A DNA stretch of 64,000 nt from Clostridia bacterium (GCA_017502525.1 JAFVUV010000010.1:494-64493); one strand, 5' to 3'; counted from the first letter of the stretch, positions 18,462 to 28,069 are shown. Notes: generated by a model not told the origin, from the sequence alone. Program-made: numbers and translations.

Positions 18462-20330
18462 ATGAAAAAAATTCTATGTTTAATTTTTGCATTATTGATG
18501 ATGTTCTGTGCAGTATCGTGTAAACCCGAAGCGCCTGGTGGAGAAGGTGGAAACGAACCTGGCACAGGTTTAGAACAAGACAATACTCCCGTAGTTGATG
18601 GTAAGTGGATTGTTAAAGAAGGTGAAACGGAATATTATATTCTTATTCCTGATAACGCTTCTGCGACGATACAAAACGCCGCAACCGAACTTGCTTTTTT
18701 CTTTAACAAAGCAACCAATATCAACCTTAGTACAAAAACTAATTCAGAGTATTCTCAAAATGGTAAATACATTTCGTTTGGTAACACAACGCCTTCAAGT
18801 TCGGTAACTGTTACGAAAGAAGAACTCGGAACGCAAGGTTTTAAAATTGTTACCGTTGGCGATAATATTATCGTAAAAGCAGTGGGTGACCACGGACTTT
18901 TATGGGGTTCGTATGAACTTCTTACTAGAATGTTTAACTACGAATATTACGCAAAAGACGTGTATTATATCGATACTAAAGTAGCTGACTATCCGCTCAA
19001 GTCGTATAACGTTACTGATAGGCCTGATATTGAAGTGCGTGCAGTAGCCGATTCTCAAGGCTATTCGAACAGTGAAGTTGCACACAGATTGCGTCAATTC
19101 CAAGTGTATGACGAATTCTTAATTCCTTCACACGCAGCATATCACAACAGTTTCTACTACGTAATGGACGGGTTGGACGCTAACAACAAACCGATAGTTC
19201 CATCAAGATTTTTAGCAACTAACTTAAAGCAACTTTGTTTCACCGGCGGTGGTGACCCCGAAGTTGAAGAAGAAATGCTTAATAGGTCGCTAAATTATTT
19301 GATAGACGCAATTTCTAAATCGGATAAGAGCGATATAATTTTAGGCGTTATGGACGAAGACGGTTGGTGTCAGTGTTCTGCTTGCGACCATATTATTCAA
19401 GAATACGGCGCAAAATCAGCAACAATGATTTTGTTTATTAATAAGCTCCGCGACAAACTCGACGCTTACCTTGAACAAGCACAAATCGGCAGAGAAATTA
19501 ATATTTATTATACTGCTTACTTTGACATTGTACAACCGCCCGTTCACAAGGAAAACGGTGAATACGTTGCAAACGACGTAGCTGTTAAACTTAAAGACGG
19601 CGTAGGCGTATTGTTCGCGCCGATAAATAGTAACTTTACTCAATCTATTTACGACAAGGTGAACGAAGCCACCTACGAACAATTAAAGAGCTTAAAAGCA
19701 ATAACTAAAAAACTTCTCGTATGGACCTATGCTTGTAACTTTACAGACTTTTTTGCTCCTTACGATTCTATAACTTATATGACCGATTGGTTTGAAGCAA
19801 TAATTGATAACAACGGAACGTATTTGTTTAACCAAGGTAGACACAGTCAAGGCAACTCGTCTCAATTCGACGCGCTCCGTCAATACCTTGTAGCGAAACT
19901 CGGTTGGGACGTAAAAGCAGACGTAAACAAACTTACTAACAATTTCTTCGACGTGTACTTCGGAAAGGCAAAAGCACCGATGAGACAAATGTACGACGAA
20001 TTAAGAACGATTATGCGTTTCAACGTTGATGTTCTTGGTATGAGTAGCGGTGTTTTAGCAGAAGTTGCTAAAGAAGAATACTGGCCGGAAAACCTTTTGA
20101 ACAGTTGGATGGAATTAATTGATAAAGCTTACGAACTTGCAGGTGATGACGAAGTTCTTAAAGTAAGAATACTCCGTGAAAGTATTTTCGTTAGGTATTA
20201 TCAATTAAAGTTCTATATGAGTGATAGCGAGAACATTGAAGATTTAAGGCAACAATTTATTAAAGACGCAATGCTCGCAGGTATTGAAAAATCATCAGAA
20301 CATAAAGCGATAGTCAACGCTTTTAGTTAA
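18462..20330 (+). CDS. Lipoprotein, DUF4838-like putative glycoside hydrolase (family name recalled from memory)
   Basis: Lipobox AVSCK. N-terminal GH20b/GH67N-like segment (GFKIVTVGDNIIVKAVGDHGLLWGSYELL). Paralogous to the C-terminal half of the 22484 gene product. Confidence 0.5.
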   Translation: MKKILCLIFALLMMFCAVSCKPEAPGGEGGNEPGTGLEQDNTPVVDGKWIVKEGETEYYILIPDNASATIQNAATELAFFFNKATNINLSTKTNSEYSQNGKYISFGNTTPSSSVTVTKEELGTQGFKIVTVGDNIIVKAVGDHGLLWGSYELLTRMFNYEYYAKDVYYIDTKVADYPLKSYNVTDRPDIEVRAVADSQGYSNSEVAHRLRQFQVYDEFLIPSHAAYHNSFYYVMDGLDANNKPIVPSRFLATNLKQLCFTGGGDPEVEEEMLNRSLNYLIDAISKSDKSDIILGVMDEDGWCQCSACDHIIQEYGAKSATMILFINKLRDKLDAYLEQAQIGREINIYYTAYFDIVQPPVHKENGEYVANDVAVKLKDGVGVLFAPINSNFTQSIYDKVNEATYEQLKSLKAITKKLLVWTYACNFTDFFAPYDSITYMTDWFEAIIDNNGTYLFNQGRHSQGNSSQFDALRQYLVAKLGWDVKADVNKLTNNFFDVYFGKAKAPMRQMYDELRTIMRFNVDVLGMSSGVLAEVAKEEYWPENLLNSWMELIDKAYELAGDDEVLKVRILRESIFVRYYQLKFYMSDSENIEDLRQQFIKDAMLAGIEKSSEHKAIVNAFS

Positions 20331-20351
20331 TAAAAAAAAGGGGAAAAAACT

Positions 20352-22181
20352 ATGAAAAAAAGATTAACAAGCATCCTAGTAGCAATTTTAAGTTTGACGC
20401 TTATACTTGCTTGCGCAACTGGTTGTGGCGGTAAGAAAGGTAAGATTATTCTTTCCGAAACCACCGCATCTATGGTTGTTTACGACGACTTAACGTTGAC
20501 GTATGATTTGGAAAATATTGAAGGCGACGTTACGTGGTCTTCATCAGATTCAACCGTAGTAATCGTAAACGATGGCGTTCTTACAGCATTGAAAGCAGGT
20601 ACGGCAACCATTACCGCAGCTATCGAAGACGTTAGCGCAACTTGTGTTGTAACCGTAATCGCTAGCGATTACGTTCCCGCTCTTTCACTTGGCGGAATTT
20701 CTGAAGTGAACCTTATCCCTGGTGGAACTTACGCTATTGCGCCACAAGTAACTTATAAGGGAAGTCCCGTTCAAGCAACTTTCTCTTATGAAAGTGGTAC
20801 AGAAGCCGTTGCAACCGTATCTTCAACCGGTAATATTACCGCTGTAGCAGACGGTCAAGCAACCGTAACCGTAAAAGCAATCTTTAAGGGTACGGAAATC
20901 ATTGAAACTGTTACTGTAAACGTTCAATCAACCATAGCTGGTATCGTTACTATCGACGATGTAGCAGTTGGCGAGGACGTAATTTTAAGCATTGAAGATG
21001 AAGTTACTATCGACGTAAGTACCTTAGTTAATGGTGCTGAAGATAGTGCCGTTGAAGTTGTATGGTCAACTGAAGACGATAAAGTAACTATCGCTCAAAG
21101 CGGTAGTTCAGTTACCATTACCGGTGCAAAAGTTGGTGATGGAACTATTAAAGTAGTTTATTCAAAAGGTTCTATATCTGGCGAACGTGAAATCGCTATT
21201 TCAGTTCTTAAAAAGATTATCAATAAAGACACAGCGTTGTTTATCGACAAGAGCACGGTTGTTTCAAACGCTTGCACGTTAGCTCTTCCTGCTGACGTAA
21301 ACGTTGCAAATATCCAAGCAATTGTAGTTGGTGATGTATCTAAAGCGGCTACTTCAGTTAACCAAACTGAAAACACAATCACCTTTGACGTTTCAGAATT
21401 TGCAACGGGTGAAATCGCGCTCAAGTTTGAAACTGAAAATTATAGCTACACCTTTGCAAATACTACTATCGCAGATTTAGTTATTATGGACGTTGCAGGT
21501 CTTAACGCTTTACGTGATGAAATGCTTGCTCATACGACCGAAGGCAAATATTACGTTCTTGGTGCAGACGTTGATTACGGCGGAAACAGATGGGAAGCAG
21601 GTTGGCCTACCGGTGCAGGAAATAATGCACAATTCGCAGGTGTACTTGACGGACGTGGACACAAGATTAGCAACTTAAATACCCGTCGTGGTTTCGTTTC
21701 AACGACGGTTGGTGGAAGCGTAATTAAAAACGTTATATTCGATATAACCATCGTTGGTAGTGGTGCAGGCGGTGCGGTAACTTATAACAATAACGGTACA
21801 ATTAAAAATTGCGTAATTTTAACAAGAATTACCGCTGGTGAATTTGGTGTTACTTTTGCAGGTATTGCAGCTTCTAACCACCCCACGGGCGTTATTAAGA
21901 ACTGTTTCGTATCTATAGAATACTACAACAAGTACGACACTTATAAAGACATTAACGCTGTATCTGCAACGGGCGAAGGCGCAGTATCTAACTGCTATGC
22001 AATTTCACCGTCTGAATACGTTAAGTATATAAGTGCATCTACCAATAGCGACGGTTTGTACAAAACGTCAACAGAATTCTTCGCAGAAGTAACTTCACTT
22101 GCTGAAGAAGACGGTTGGGACCAAGCTTACTGGGCAATTAATAACGGCGAATTAACCTTTAACGGCGTTAAAATTGCTTAA
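20352..22181 (+). CDS. Lipoprotein with Big_2-type Ig domains and a C-terminal GLUG/beta-helix-like module
   Basis: Lipobox ATGCGG. Big_2-like repeats (VVIVNDGVLTALKAGTATITA; GNITAVADGQATVTVKA). C-terminal FAGVLDGRGHKISNL...IKNV...IKNC...NCYAI...DGWDQAYW module, shared with the two downstream paralogs. Confidence 0.65.
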   Translation: MKKRLTSILVAILSLTLILACATGCGGKKGKIILSETTASMVVYDDLTLTYDLENIEGDVTWSSSDSTVVIVNDGVLTALKAGTATITAAIEDVSATCVVTVIASDYVPALSLGGISEVNLIPGGTYAIAPQVTYKGSPVQATFSYESGTEAVATVSSTGNITAVADGQATVTVKAIFKGTEIIETVTVNVQSTIAGIVTIDDVAVGEDVILSIEDEVTIDVSTLVNGAEDSAVEVVWSTEDDKVTIAQSGSSVTITGAKVGDGTIKVVYSKGSISGEREIAISVLKKIINKDTALFIDKSTVVSNACTLALPADVNVANIQAIVVGDVSKAATSVNQTENTITFDVSEFATGEIALKFETENYSYTFANTTIADLVIMDVAGLNALRDEMLAHTTEGKYYVLGADVDYGGNRWEAGWPTGAGNNAQFAGVLDGRGHKISNLNTRRGFVSTTVGGSVIKNVIFDITIVGSGAGGAVTYNNNGTIKNCVILTRITAGEFGVTFAGIAASNHPTGVIKNCFVSIEYYNKYDTYKDINAVSATGEGAVSNCYAISPSEYVKYISASTNSDGLYKTSTEFFAEVTSLAEEDGWDQAYWAINNGELTFNGVKIA

Positions 22182-22347
22182 AATATAAAAACCTAAAAGG
22201 CTTTTGTTTTAACAAACGATTGACTAATTAGCCATAGCCCTTGACAAAAGGTGAATTTTGTCAAGGGCTAAGAAGGTTTTTAATACTAGAGTGAAAAAAT
22301 TAAAATTATAAACGAAAAATTATCTAAAAAATTAAGGAAAAATAGAG

Positions 22348-22491
22348 ATGAAAAAAAGACTTTATCAAAGTCCTGAATTAGAACTGAAAGAAATATTTAC
22401 TAACGGATACGACGCGATAATGTCGTCAGGTGGTAAAGTGGTTGACCCGATTGGTAACGGAGGTAGCTACGGTGGCGAAGATTATGCTTAA
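22348..22491 (+). CDS. Small unannotated peptide P1 (47 aa), translationally coupled to the downstream surface-protein gene
   Basis: Product: MKKRLYQSPELELKEIFTNGYDAIMSSGGKVVDPIGNGGSYGGEDYA. Below the ORF-track cutoff. Its stop overlaps the next start (ATGCTTAA). Position-for-position paralog of P2 at 26070. Confidence 0.6.
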   Translation: MKKRLYQSPELELKEIFTNGYDAIMSSGGKVVDPIGNGGSYGGEDYA

Positions 22492-25400
22492 TAACGGCAA
22501 AAAATTAAACGTTATTCTTTTGGCAATCTTGTTTGCGCTTTGTATGGCCTTTAGTGTAATGGCATTTACTAGTGCAAGCGTAGTTAATGCGCAAGCTGTA
22601 ACGGGTGTAACGCCCACGCTTTCAGCAACCAAAGTAATGGTGTCGAAAAATAACGACAAATTGCTTTTAGTAACTGCAATTAAAAATCAAGACGACGTTT
22701 ATGAAGTTGGTTATACTTTTTCTAACGGCGTTGAAACGACTTTTGCAGAAACAAAGAAATATTATACTTCTATAACGAGTGGCAACACCGTGTTAACCCC
22801 TTACGATATCTTCACTGAATCTTGGGTTGGCGACGACGGCGTTGGCATGATAATTTGGGAAATTAACTTTGCTTTAGCAACAAAGTATGAATATAAGGCG
22901 TACGCGCTAGTTGGTGAAAGAGAAAACGGAGAGATAGTTATCCCTGAACAAGAAGTAAGGGTAACGCCACAAACGGCAACTAGCAAAACATTTTATTCGG
23001 TGTCATACGATACTGACGGTGGCGACGCAATAGAAACTAAAGTTGTGCCCGCGGATACTTCATTAAATCAATTAACTAACGTAACGACAAAGAAACCCGG
23101 TTATAAATTTGATGGGTGGAAATTGAACGGCGAAGAAGTTGGAGATGGAAAAGTATCGGGCAACGTAACGTTAAAAGCAACGTATAAGGTTAAAGATTAT
23201 ACTGAATACGTATATCATCCGGTTGCAAACACAGACGTAGACTTAAGAACGGCAGGTGAAACTGTTAACGTTCAGCTTCCCGCAACGCTAAACGGCTATA
23301 CTAAAGTTTATTCAAAAATCGGTGATAAAGAAATAGCGACCGAAGTTAAAAATAACGGTGCAAGCGTAGATATTGCAGTAGCTGACCTTGAAAAGGGCGA
23401 AAGCGAACTACTTTTGTTTATGGCAAAAGGCGATGACTGTGCATCTGCAAAAATCAAATTGACCGTAGCGGATATAGTAGTTAAAAACAACGACGACCTT
23501 ACCGCGTTACATAAAGCGATATGGACGGCACCCGCAAAAGTTTACAATTATTACGTTCTTGATGCGGACGTTGATTGGGGTGGTGCGCAATGGTATCCTG
23601 GCTACAAAGGAAAACAGGTGGATTTTTATGGTGTTTTAGACGGTCGTGGGCACACGCTTGCTAATTACAACTCTCACTACGGGCTTTGTCAAATGTTAGC
23701 CATGGGGGCAGAAATAAAAAATATTCATCTTAAACCTATTATTAGGGGCATGGATCAAGGTGGTGGCGTTTGTCTATTAAATAATGGTAGTATCAAGAAC
23801 TGTTTGGTAGAGGCGTACGTATTCTCGGTTGAAAACTTTGATTATGCAGGTGTAGCAAAAAACAGTGAATTAGGCTCTATTGAAAACTGTATCGTAATGC
23901 TAACAGGACACGGGGATTATGCTAATTGCCAAAAAGCTATGAACGCTATCACAGTTGCTGACAGCGCAAATATTAAAAACTGTTATGCTATAAACAGCGT
24001 GGAAAGTAATTCTCGCGTTAAAATTGAATATTTGTATGGAAACTCCGTAACCGACGGATTGTTTAATACTAAAGCGAGTTTCTTTAGGAACGTTTCTACA
24101 CTTTCTAAAGCGGACGGCTGGAACGAATACTGGTCGTTATCGAATAGAGAATTGTGCTTTAATCAAAAATCAATCATAACAGTCACCGCTATCGACGTAG
24201 AAGATGGTTGGGTTGTAAAAGGTGGAGAGAGCGAATACGCAATACTCGTTCCCGACACGCTATCATACGAACTTAATATAGCAACTGAAGAACTTATCCA
24301 CTTCTTCAAAGAAGCAACGGGAGTTGAGTTGCCGATAGTGAAAAATTCAAACTACAATGCGTATGACAAGTATATTTCGCTTGGTGGAACGAGATTGGCT
24401 AGTAGCGTACCTGTTTCAGAGGCTGAATTAGGTGCACAAGGCTTTAAAGTGGTTACGGTAGGTAACAACGTAGTCATCAACGCCGTGGGTGATTTTGGCG
24501 TGTTGTGGGGCGTTTACGGGCTTCTAAATGAAATGTTTGAATATAAGTACTACGCAAAAGACGTGTACGTTATAGATACGAACGTAGAAAACTTATTGCT
24601 GGTTAATTATAATTTCCAAGATAAACCTGATATTGAAACGCGTATTGTGGCAGATTCACAAGCCTATGAAGATAGACAAGTGGCGCATAGAATGTATCAA
24701 ACCGAAGGTTACGGCGAATTTTGGCTTCCTTTCCACAACCCCTATCATAACAGTTTCTATTACGTTATGGACGGGTTAGATGCAAATAATAAACCTATAG
24801 TTCCCGATAGATTCCTTTCTACGTCAAGTGAATACAATAAGACGCAACTTTGTTACACGGGGCACGGTGAAGAATCAATACTTAACGAAATGCTTGAAAG
24901 GTCGGTTGATTATATAATAGCCGCAGTTAAAACTCAATGGAAATATAGAACTAACTGTGATGCGTTGTTCGGTATACAAGACGAAAACGGCTGGTGTGAA
25001 TGCACGTTCTGTCGAAACGTTATCAATCAATACGGAACTCAATCTTCAACGATGATATTATTTATGAATAAACTTCGTGAAAGGTTGGACGAACGCCTTG
25101 AGGCGGAAAATATTGATAGACAAATAAACTTGTATTACTTCGCATATTTTGCAACAGAAGAACCGCCTGTTCATAAAGAAAACGGCGAATACGTTGCGAA
25201 CGACCCTGCGCTTGTATGTAAAGAAGGATTAGGCATATTCTACGCGCCGATTTCAGCAAACTTTACGCAGTCGATATACTCTAACGAAAATATCGTAACG
25301 TACGAAAGGTTGAAATCGTTTGAAGCGTTAACGGATAAACTTTTAGTTTGGACTTACGCTTGCAACTATTACGATTATTTTACACCGTTTGATTCGTTTA

Positions 25401-25969
25401 CTTATATGCCCGATTTATTCCAAGCGGTTGTTAATAATAACGGAACGTATTTGTTTAACCAAGGCAGACAAGACCAAGGTAACTCTTCTAACTTTGACAC
25501 GCTCCGTCATTATCTTGTTTCAAGACTTGGTTGGGACGTTGATGCAGACGTAGAGGCACTTACCGATGAATTCTTTGACGTATACTTCGGCAAAGCAAAA
25601 GAGCCGATGAGAGACCTTTATAATAGATATAGAGAAAGAATGCGTACAAACTACGATAACCTTGGTTTAAGTAGCCACGTTTTCGCTAACGGCGTGATTA
25701 ACAGTTCGCACTTGCCTAAAGCTGCGCTAGATAATTGGATGGTTTTAATTAATCAAGCGTATGAACTTGCTGGTAATGACGAGGCGTTAAGACAAAGAAT
25801 ACTTCGTGAAAGCATTTTCATAAGATATTATCAAATTAAGTTCTATACTACCGGCGACACGTCGGCGTTAAAAGCGCAACTTATCCAAGATGCTAAATCA
25901 GTTGGTATACTTAAAGCGTCTGCGCATAGAAGCATAGACCAATTGTTTGAAGCAGAACCAAACGTATAA
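22484..25969 (+). CDS. Secreted ~1161-aa mosaic protein: shared N-terminal domain + Listeria-Bacteroides repeat + GLUG-like module + DUF4838-like module
   Basis: Signal peptide after the internal Met (MLNNGKKLNVILLAILFALCMAF...NAQA). Flg_new-like repeat YSVSYDTDGGDAIETKVV...GYKFDGWKLNGEEV...LKATY. FYGVLDGRGHTLANY. The C-terminal half aligns with the 18462 product (GFKVVTVGNNVVINAVGDFGVLWGVYGLL). The ORF-track start at 22430 is unlikely. Confidence 0.7.
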   Translation: MLNNGKKLNVILLAILFALCMAFSVMAFTSASVVNAQAVTGVTPTLSATKVMVSKNNDKLLLVTAIKNQDDVYEVGYTFSNGVETTFAETKKYYTSITSGNTVLTPYDIFTESWVGDDGVGMIIWEINFALATKYEYKAYALVGERENGEIVIPEQEVRVTPQTATSKTFYSVSYDTDGGDAIETKVVPADTSLNQLTNVTTKKPGYKFDGWKLNGEEVGDGKVSGNVTLKATYKVKDYTEYVYHPVANTDVDLRTAGETVNVQLPATLNGYTKVYSKIGDKEIATEVKNNGASVDIAVADLEKGESELLLFMAKGDDCASAKIKLTVADIVVKNNDDLTALHKAIWTAPAKVYNYYVLDADVDWGGAQWYPGYKGKQVDFYGVLDGRGHTLANYNSHYGLCQMLAMGAEIKNIHLKPIIRGMDQGGGVCLLNNGSIKNCLVEAYVFSVENFDYAGVAKNSELGSIENCIVMLTGHGDYANCQKAMNAITVADSANIKNCYAINSVESNSRVKIEYLYGNSVTDGLFNTKASFFRNVSTLSKADGWNEYWSLSNRELCFNQKSIITVTAIDVEDGWVVKGGESEYAILVPDTLSYELNIATEELIHFFKEATGVELPIVKNSNYNAYDKYISLGGTRLASSVPVSEAELGAQGFKVVTVGNNVVINAVGDFGVLWGVYGLLNEMFEYKYYAKDVYVIDTNVENLLLVNYNFQDKPDIETRIVADSQAYEDRQVAHRMYQTEGYGEFWLPFHNPYHNSFYYVMDGLDANNKPIVPDRFLSTSSEYNKTQLCYTGHGEESILNEMLERSVDYIIAAVKTQWKYRTNCDALFGIQDENGWCECTFCRNVINQYGTQSSTMILFMNKLRERLDERLEAENIDRQINLYYFAYFATEEPPVHKENGEYVANDPALVCKEGLGIFYAPISANFTQSIYSNENIVTYERLKSFEALTDKLLVWTYACNYYDYFTPFDSFTYMPDLFQAVVNNNGTYLFNQGRQDQGNSSNFDTLRHYLVSRLGWDVDADVEALTDEFFDVYFGKAKEPMRDLYNRYRERMRTNYDNLGLSSHVFANGVINSSHLPKAALDNWMVLINQAYELAGNDEALRQRILRESIFIRYYQIKFYTTGDTSALKAQLIQDAKSVGILKASAHRSIDQLFEAEPNV

Positions 25970-26069
25970 AACGCGCGTTAAAGCGTTTTAAATAAAATCT
26001 TTATCGCAACGAAAGTTGGGAATAAAAACCGACTGTCCGTTGCAACAAACTAAAAAGGAGGAAGGAAAA

Positions 26070-26213
26070 ATGTCCAAGAAACTTTACGAGAGGCCCATTT
26101 TGAATTGTCATGAATTGTTGTTGAACGGGGTAGACGTGCTAACTACGTCAACGCAAAACGGCGAAAGTTATAGTGGCGAAGGATACGACCTAGAAAACGG
26201 AAGATGGTGGTAA
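26070..26213 (+). CDS. Small peptide P2 (47 aa), paralog of P1
   Basis: Product: MSKKLYERPILNCHELLLNGVDVLTTSTQNGESYSGEGYDLENGRWW. GGAGGAAGG RBS a few nt upstream of the ATG. Same length and same motif positions as P1 (L5 Y6 P9 L11 N19 G20 D22 S27). Confidence 0.6.
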   Translation: MSKKLYERPILNCHELLLNGVDVLTTSTQNGESYSGEGYDLENGRWW

Positions 26214-26306
26214 TAGTCGCTATAACGACACTGAGGTGCAAGTGATTGCACACAAATTGACGGGGAAACCGTAAAAAACAATTTATGATAAAAGGAGAAA
26301 AAGATT

Positions 26307-28025
26307 ATGAAAAAATTAAACGTTTCCATATTAGCGTTTATTTGCGCCGTTTGTATGGCGTTTAGCGTAATTACGTTTATGAACGCAAATGTGGTTAAAG
26401 CTGATGCAGGCGTTACGCCCACACTTTCAGCAACAAAAGTAATGGTATCTAAAAATGCCGACAAAATGCTTTTAGCAACTGCTATTAAAGACAAAGAGGA
26501 CGTGTATAAAGTAGGTTATACTTATAGCGTTGATGGCGAAGCTAAAGAAGTGCAAGAAGTTTTTTATTACACTTCTATCTCAAGTGGCACTGCCACTTTA
26601 ACCCCTGCTGATATTTTTGAAGAAGCTTGGGTAAGTGAAGAAGGCGTTGGTATGATTATTAGCGAAATTGATTTCGCTACCGCAACTGCTTACGAATATA
26701 AAGCTTTCGCTTTGGTTGGCGATAGAAACGACCAAGGTCAACTCGTTGAACCCGCTGAAGAAGTAAGGGTTACCCCCGAAACTTCAACCAGCAAAACTTT
26801 CTATAGTGTGGAATTTGATACCGACGGTGGCGACGCAATCGCAACTCAAATCGTTCCTGCAGGTACTTCTGCAAGCGCACTTGCTGGTTTTGTACCCGTA
26901 AAATTAGGTTACAATTTCACGAAATGGCAATTAGGTGGTAACGATATTCCCTCTGGTGCAACCGTTACTGAAAACGCAACCCTAAAAGCAGTTTACACCG
27001 AAGTAGATTATTCAGCTTATTCAACTTATGAAGTTTCAGTTGACTTTGATATGAGAGATACTACTCCATTTGACGTGAAACTTCCTGCAAAATTAAGCGG
27101 TTATCAAGTTGTTTCATCTAAACTTGCTAGTTACGGAGACGGTAGCTTAAATGGAGCGGTAACGAACGTGGACGATGAAACAGTTAACGTTCCAAAGAGC
27201 GTTCCTAATAGAGGCGAAAACTTAATTCGCGTACGTATGTACAAAGACGGAACTTATGCAACTTTAGAAATCAACTTGGTTAAAGCAAGTGTAATTATAA
27301 AAACAAGAGACGACCTTAAACAACTCTATTTAGACTTGTATAATAGCACAGATGACGCTAACGCAACAAATGGCTCTTGGTACGTGCTTGCTGCTGACGT
27401 AAGTTGGGCAGACCCAGACACAGGTAACGCTTCATATTGGCAACCGGGACAAGCGAGTGGGACAGGCTCCGCTAAAATATTCCAAGGCACTTTAGATGGA
27501 CGTGGATATACGATTTCTGATTATCACTCTGCTTTTGGACTTTGTCGAGTTAACGGAGGAACTATAAAGAACGTTAATTTCGAACCCATCATTAGAGGTA
27601 TGAGCGTGGGCGGTGGCGTTTGCGCACAAAACAAAGGAACGATAGAAAACTGCTTGATTGAAGCAACTATATATTCAGTTGAAAATCAAGCGTATGCAGG
27701 TATCGCAAAGAATAATGAAGAGGGCGTAATCAATAACTGTATGGTTATTTTGGTTGGCTACGTTTCTAAATACGAAACAAAAGATATGAACGCAATTGCT
27801 ATTGATAAAGGTGTTATTAACAACTGTTATGCAATCAACAACGTAGATAGCTCTTGTCCTGTTCAACTAAAATATATGCACTCTAGTTCAAATACCGACG
27901 GATTGTTTGCTTCTGCAGAACTTTTCTTCCAAAACGTAACTTCATTTAATAGTGCAGACGGTTGGAATTCTTACTGGAAGATTGAAAACGGTCAATTATT
28001 CTTCAACAACGTTAAAGTAATCTAA
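26307..28025 (+). CDS. Secreted 572-aa protein: shared N-terminal domain + Listeria-Bacteroides repeat + GLUG-like module
   Basis: Signal peptide MKKLNVSILAFICAVCMAF...KADA. The N-terminal ~150 aa closely parallels the 22484 product (GVTPTLSATKVMVSKN.DK.LL.TAIK). YSVEFDTDGGDAI...GYNFTKWQLGGNDI...LKAVY. FQGTLDGRGYTISDY. Confidence 0.7.
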   Translation: MKKLNVSILAFICAVCMAFSVITFMNANVVKADAGVTPTLSATKVMVSKNADKMLLATAIKDKEDVYKVGYTYSVDGEAKEVQEVFYYTSISSGTATLTPADIFEEAWVSEEGVGMIISEIDFATATAYEYKAFALVGDRNDQGQLVEPAEEVRVTPETSTSKTFYSVEFDTDGGDAIATQIVPAGTSASALAGFVPVKLGYNFTKWQLGGNDIPSGATVTENATLKAVYTEVDYSAYSTYEVSVDFDMRDTTPFDVKLPAKLSGYQVVSSKLASYGDGSLNGAVTNVDDETVNVPKSVPNRGENLIRVRMYKDGTYATLEINLVKASVIIKTRDDLKQLYLDLYNSTDDANATNGSWYVLAADVSWADPDTGNASYWQPGQASGTGSAKIFQGTLDGRGYTISDYHSAFGLCRVNGGTIKNVNFEPIIRGMSVGGGVCAQNKGTIENCLIEATIYSVENQAYAGIAKNNEEGVINNCMVILVGYVSKYETKDMNAIAIDKGVINNCYAINNVDSSCPVQLKYMHSSSNTDGLFASAELFFQNVTSFNSADGWNSYWKIENGQLFFNNVKVI

Positions 28026-28069
28026 TTTACTTGCATTAACTTTTAACTCGAAGTTAAAACATAAATTTC

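Noticed and set aside
22430-22483. Upstream extensions of ORF-track starts (22430, 26016, 54431, 54661, 46211, 34956, 58768, 3231).
   Set aside because: Internal Met codons preceded by good Shine-Dalgarno sequences give canonical signal peptides or remove overlaps with upstream genes. The longer versions add non-signal residues or overlap neighbours.
22348-26213. Calling P1/P2/P3 bona fide RiPP (lasso/sactipeptide-like) precursors.
   Set aside because: Only the YxxPxL-like leader resemblance supports it. No maturation enzymes, RRE, protease or exporter are in 64 kb, the peptides are nearly Cys-free, and they are tied to surface-protein genes. Kept as an open hypothesis only.
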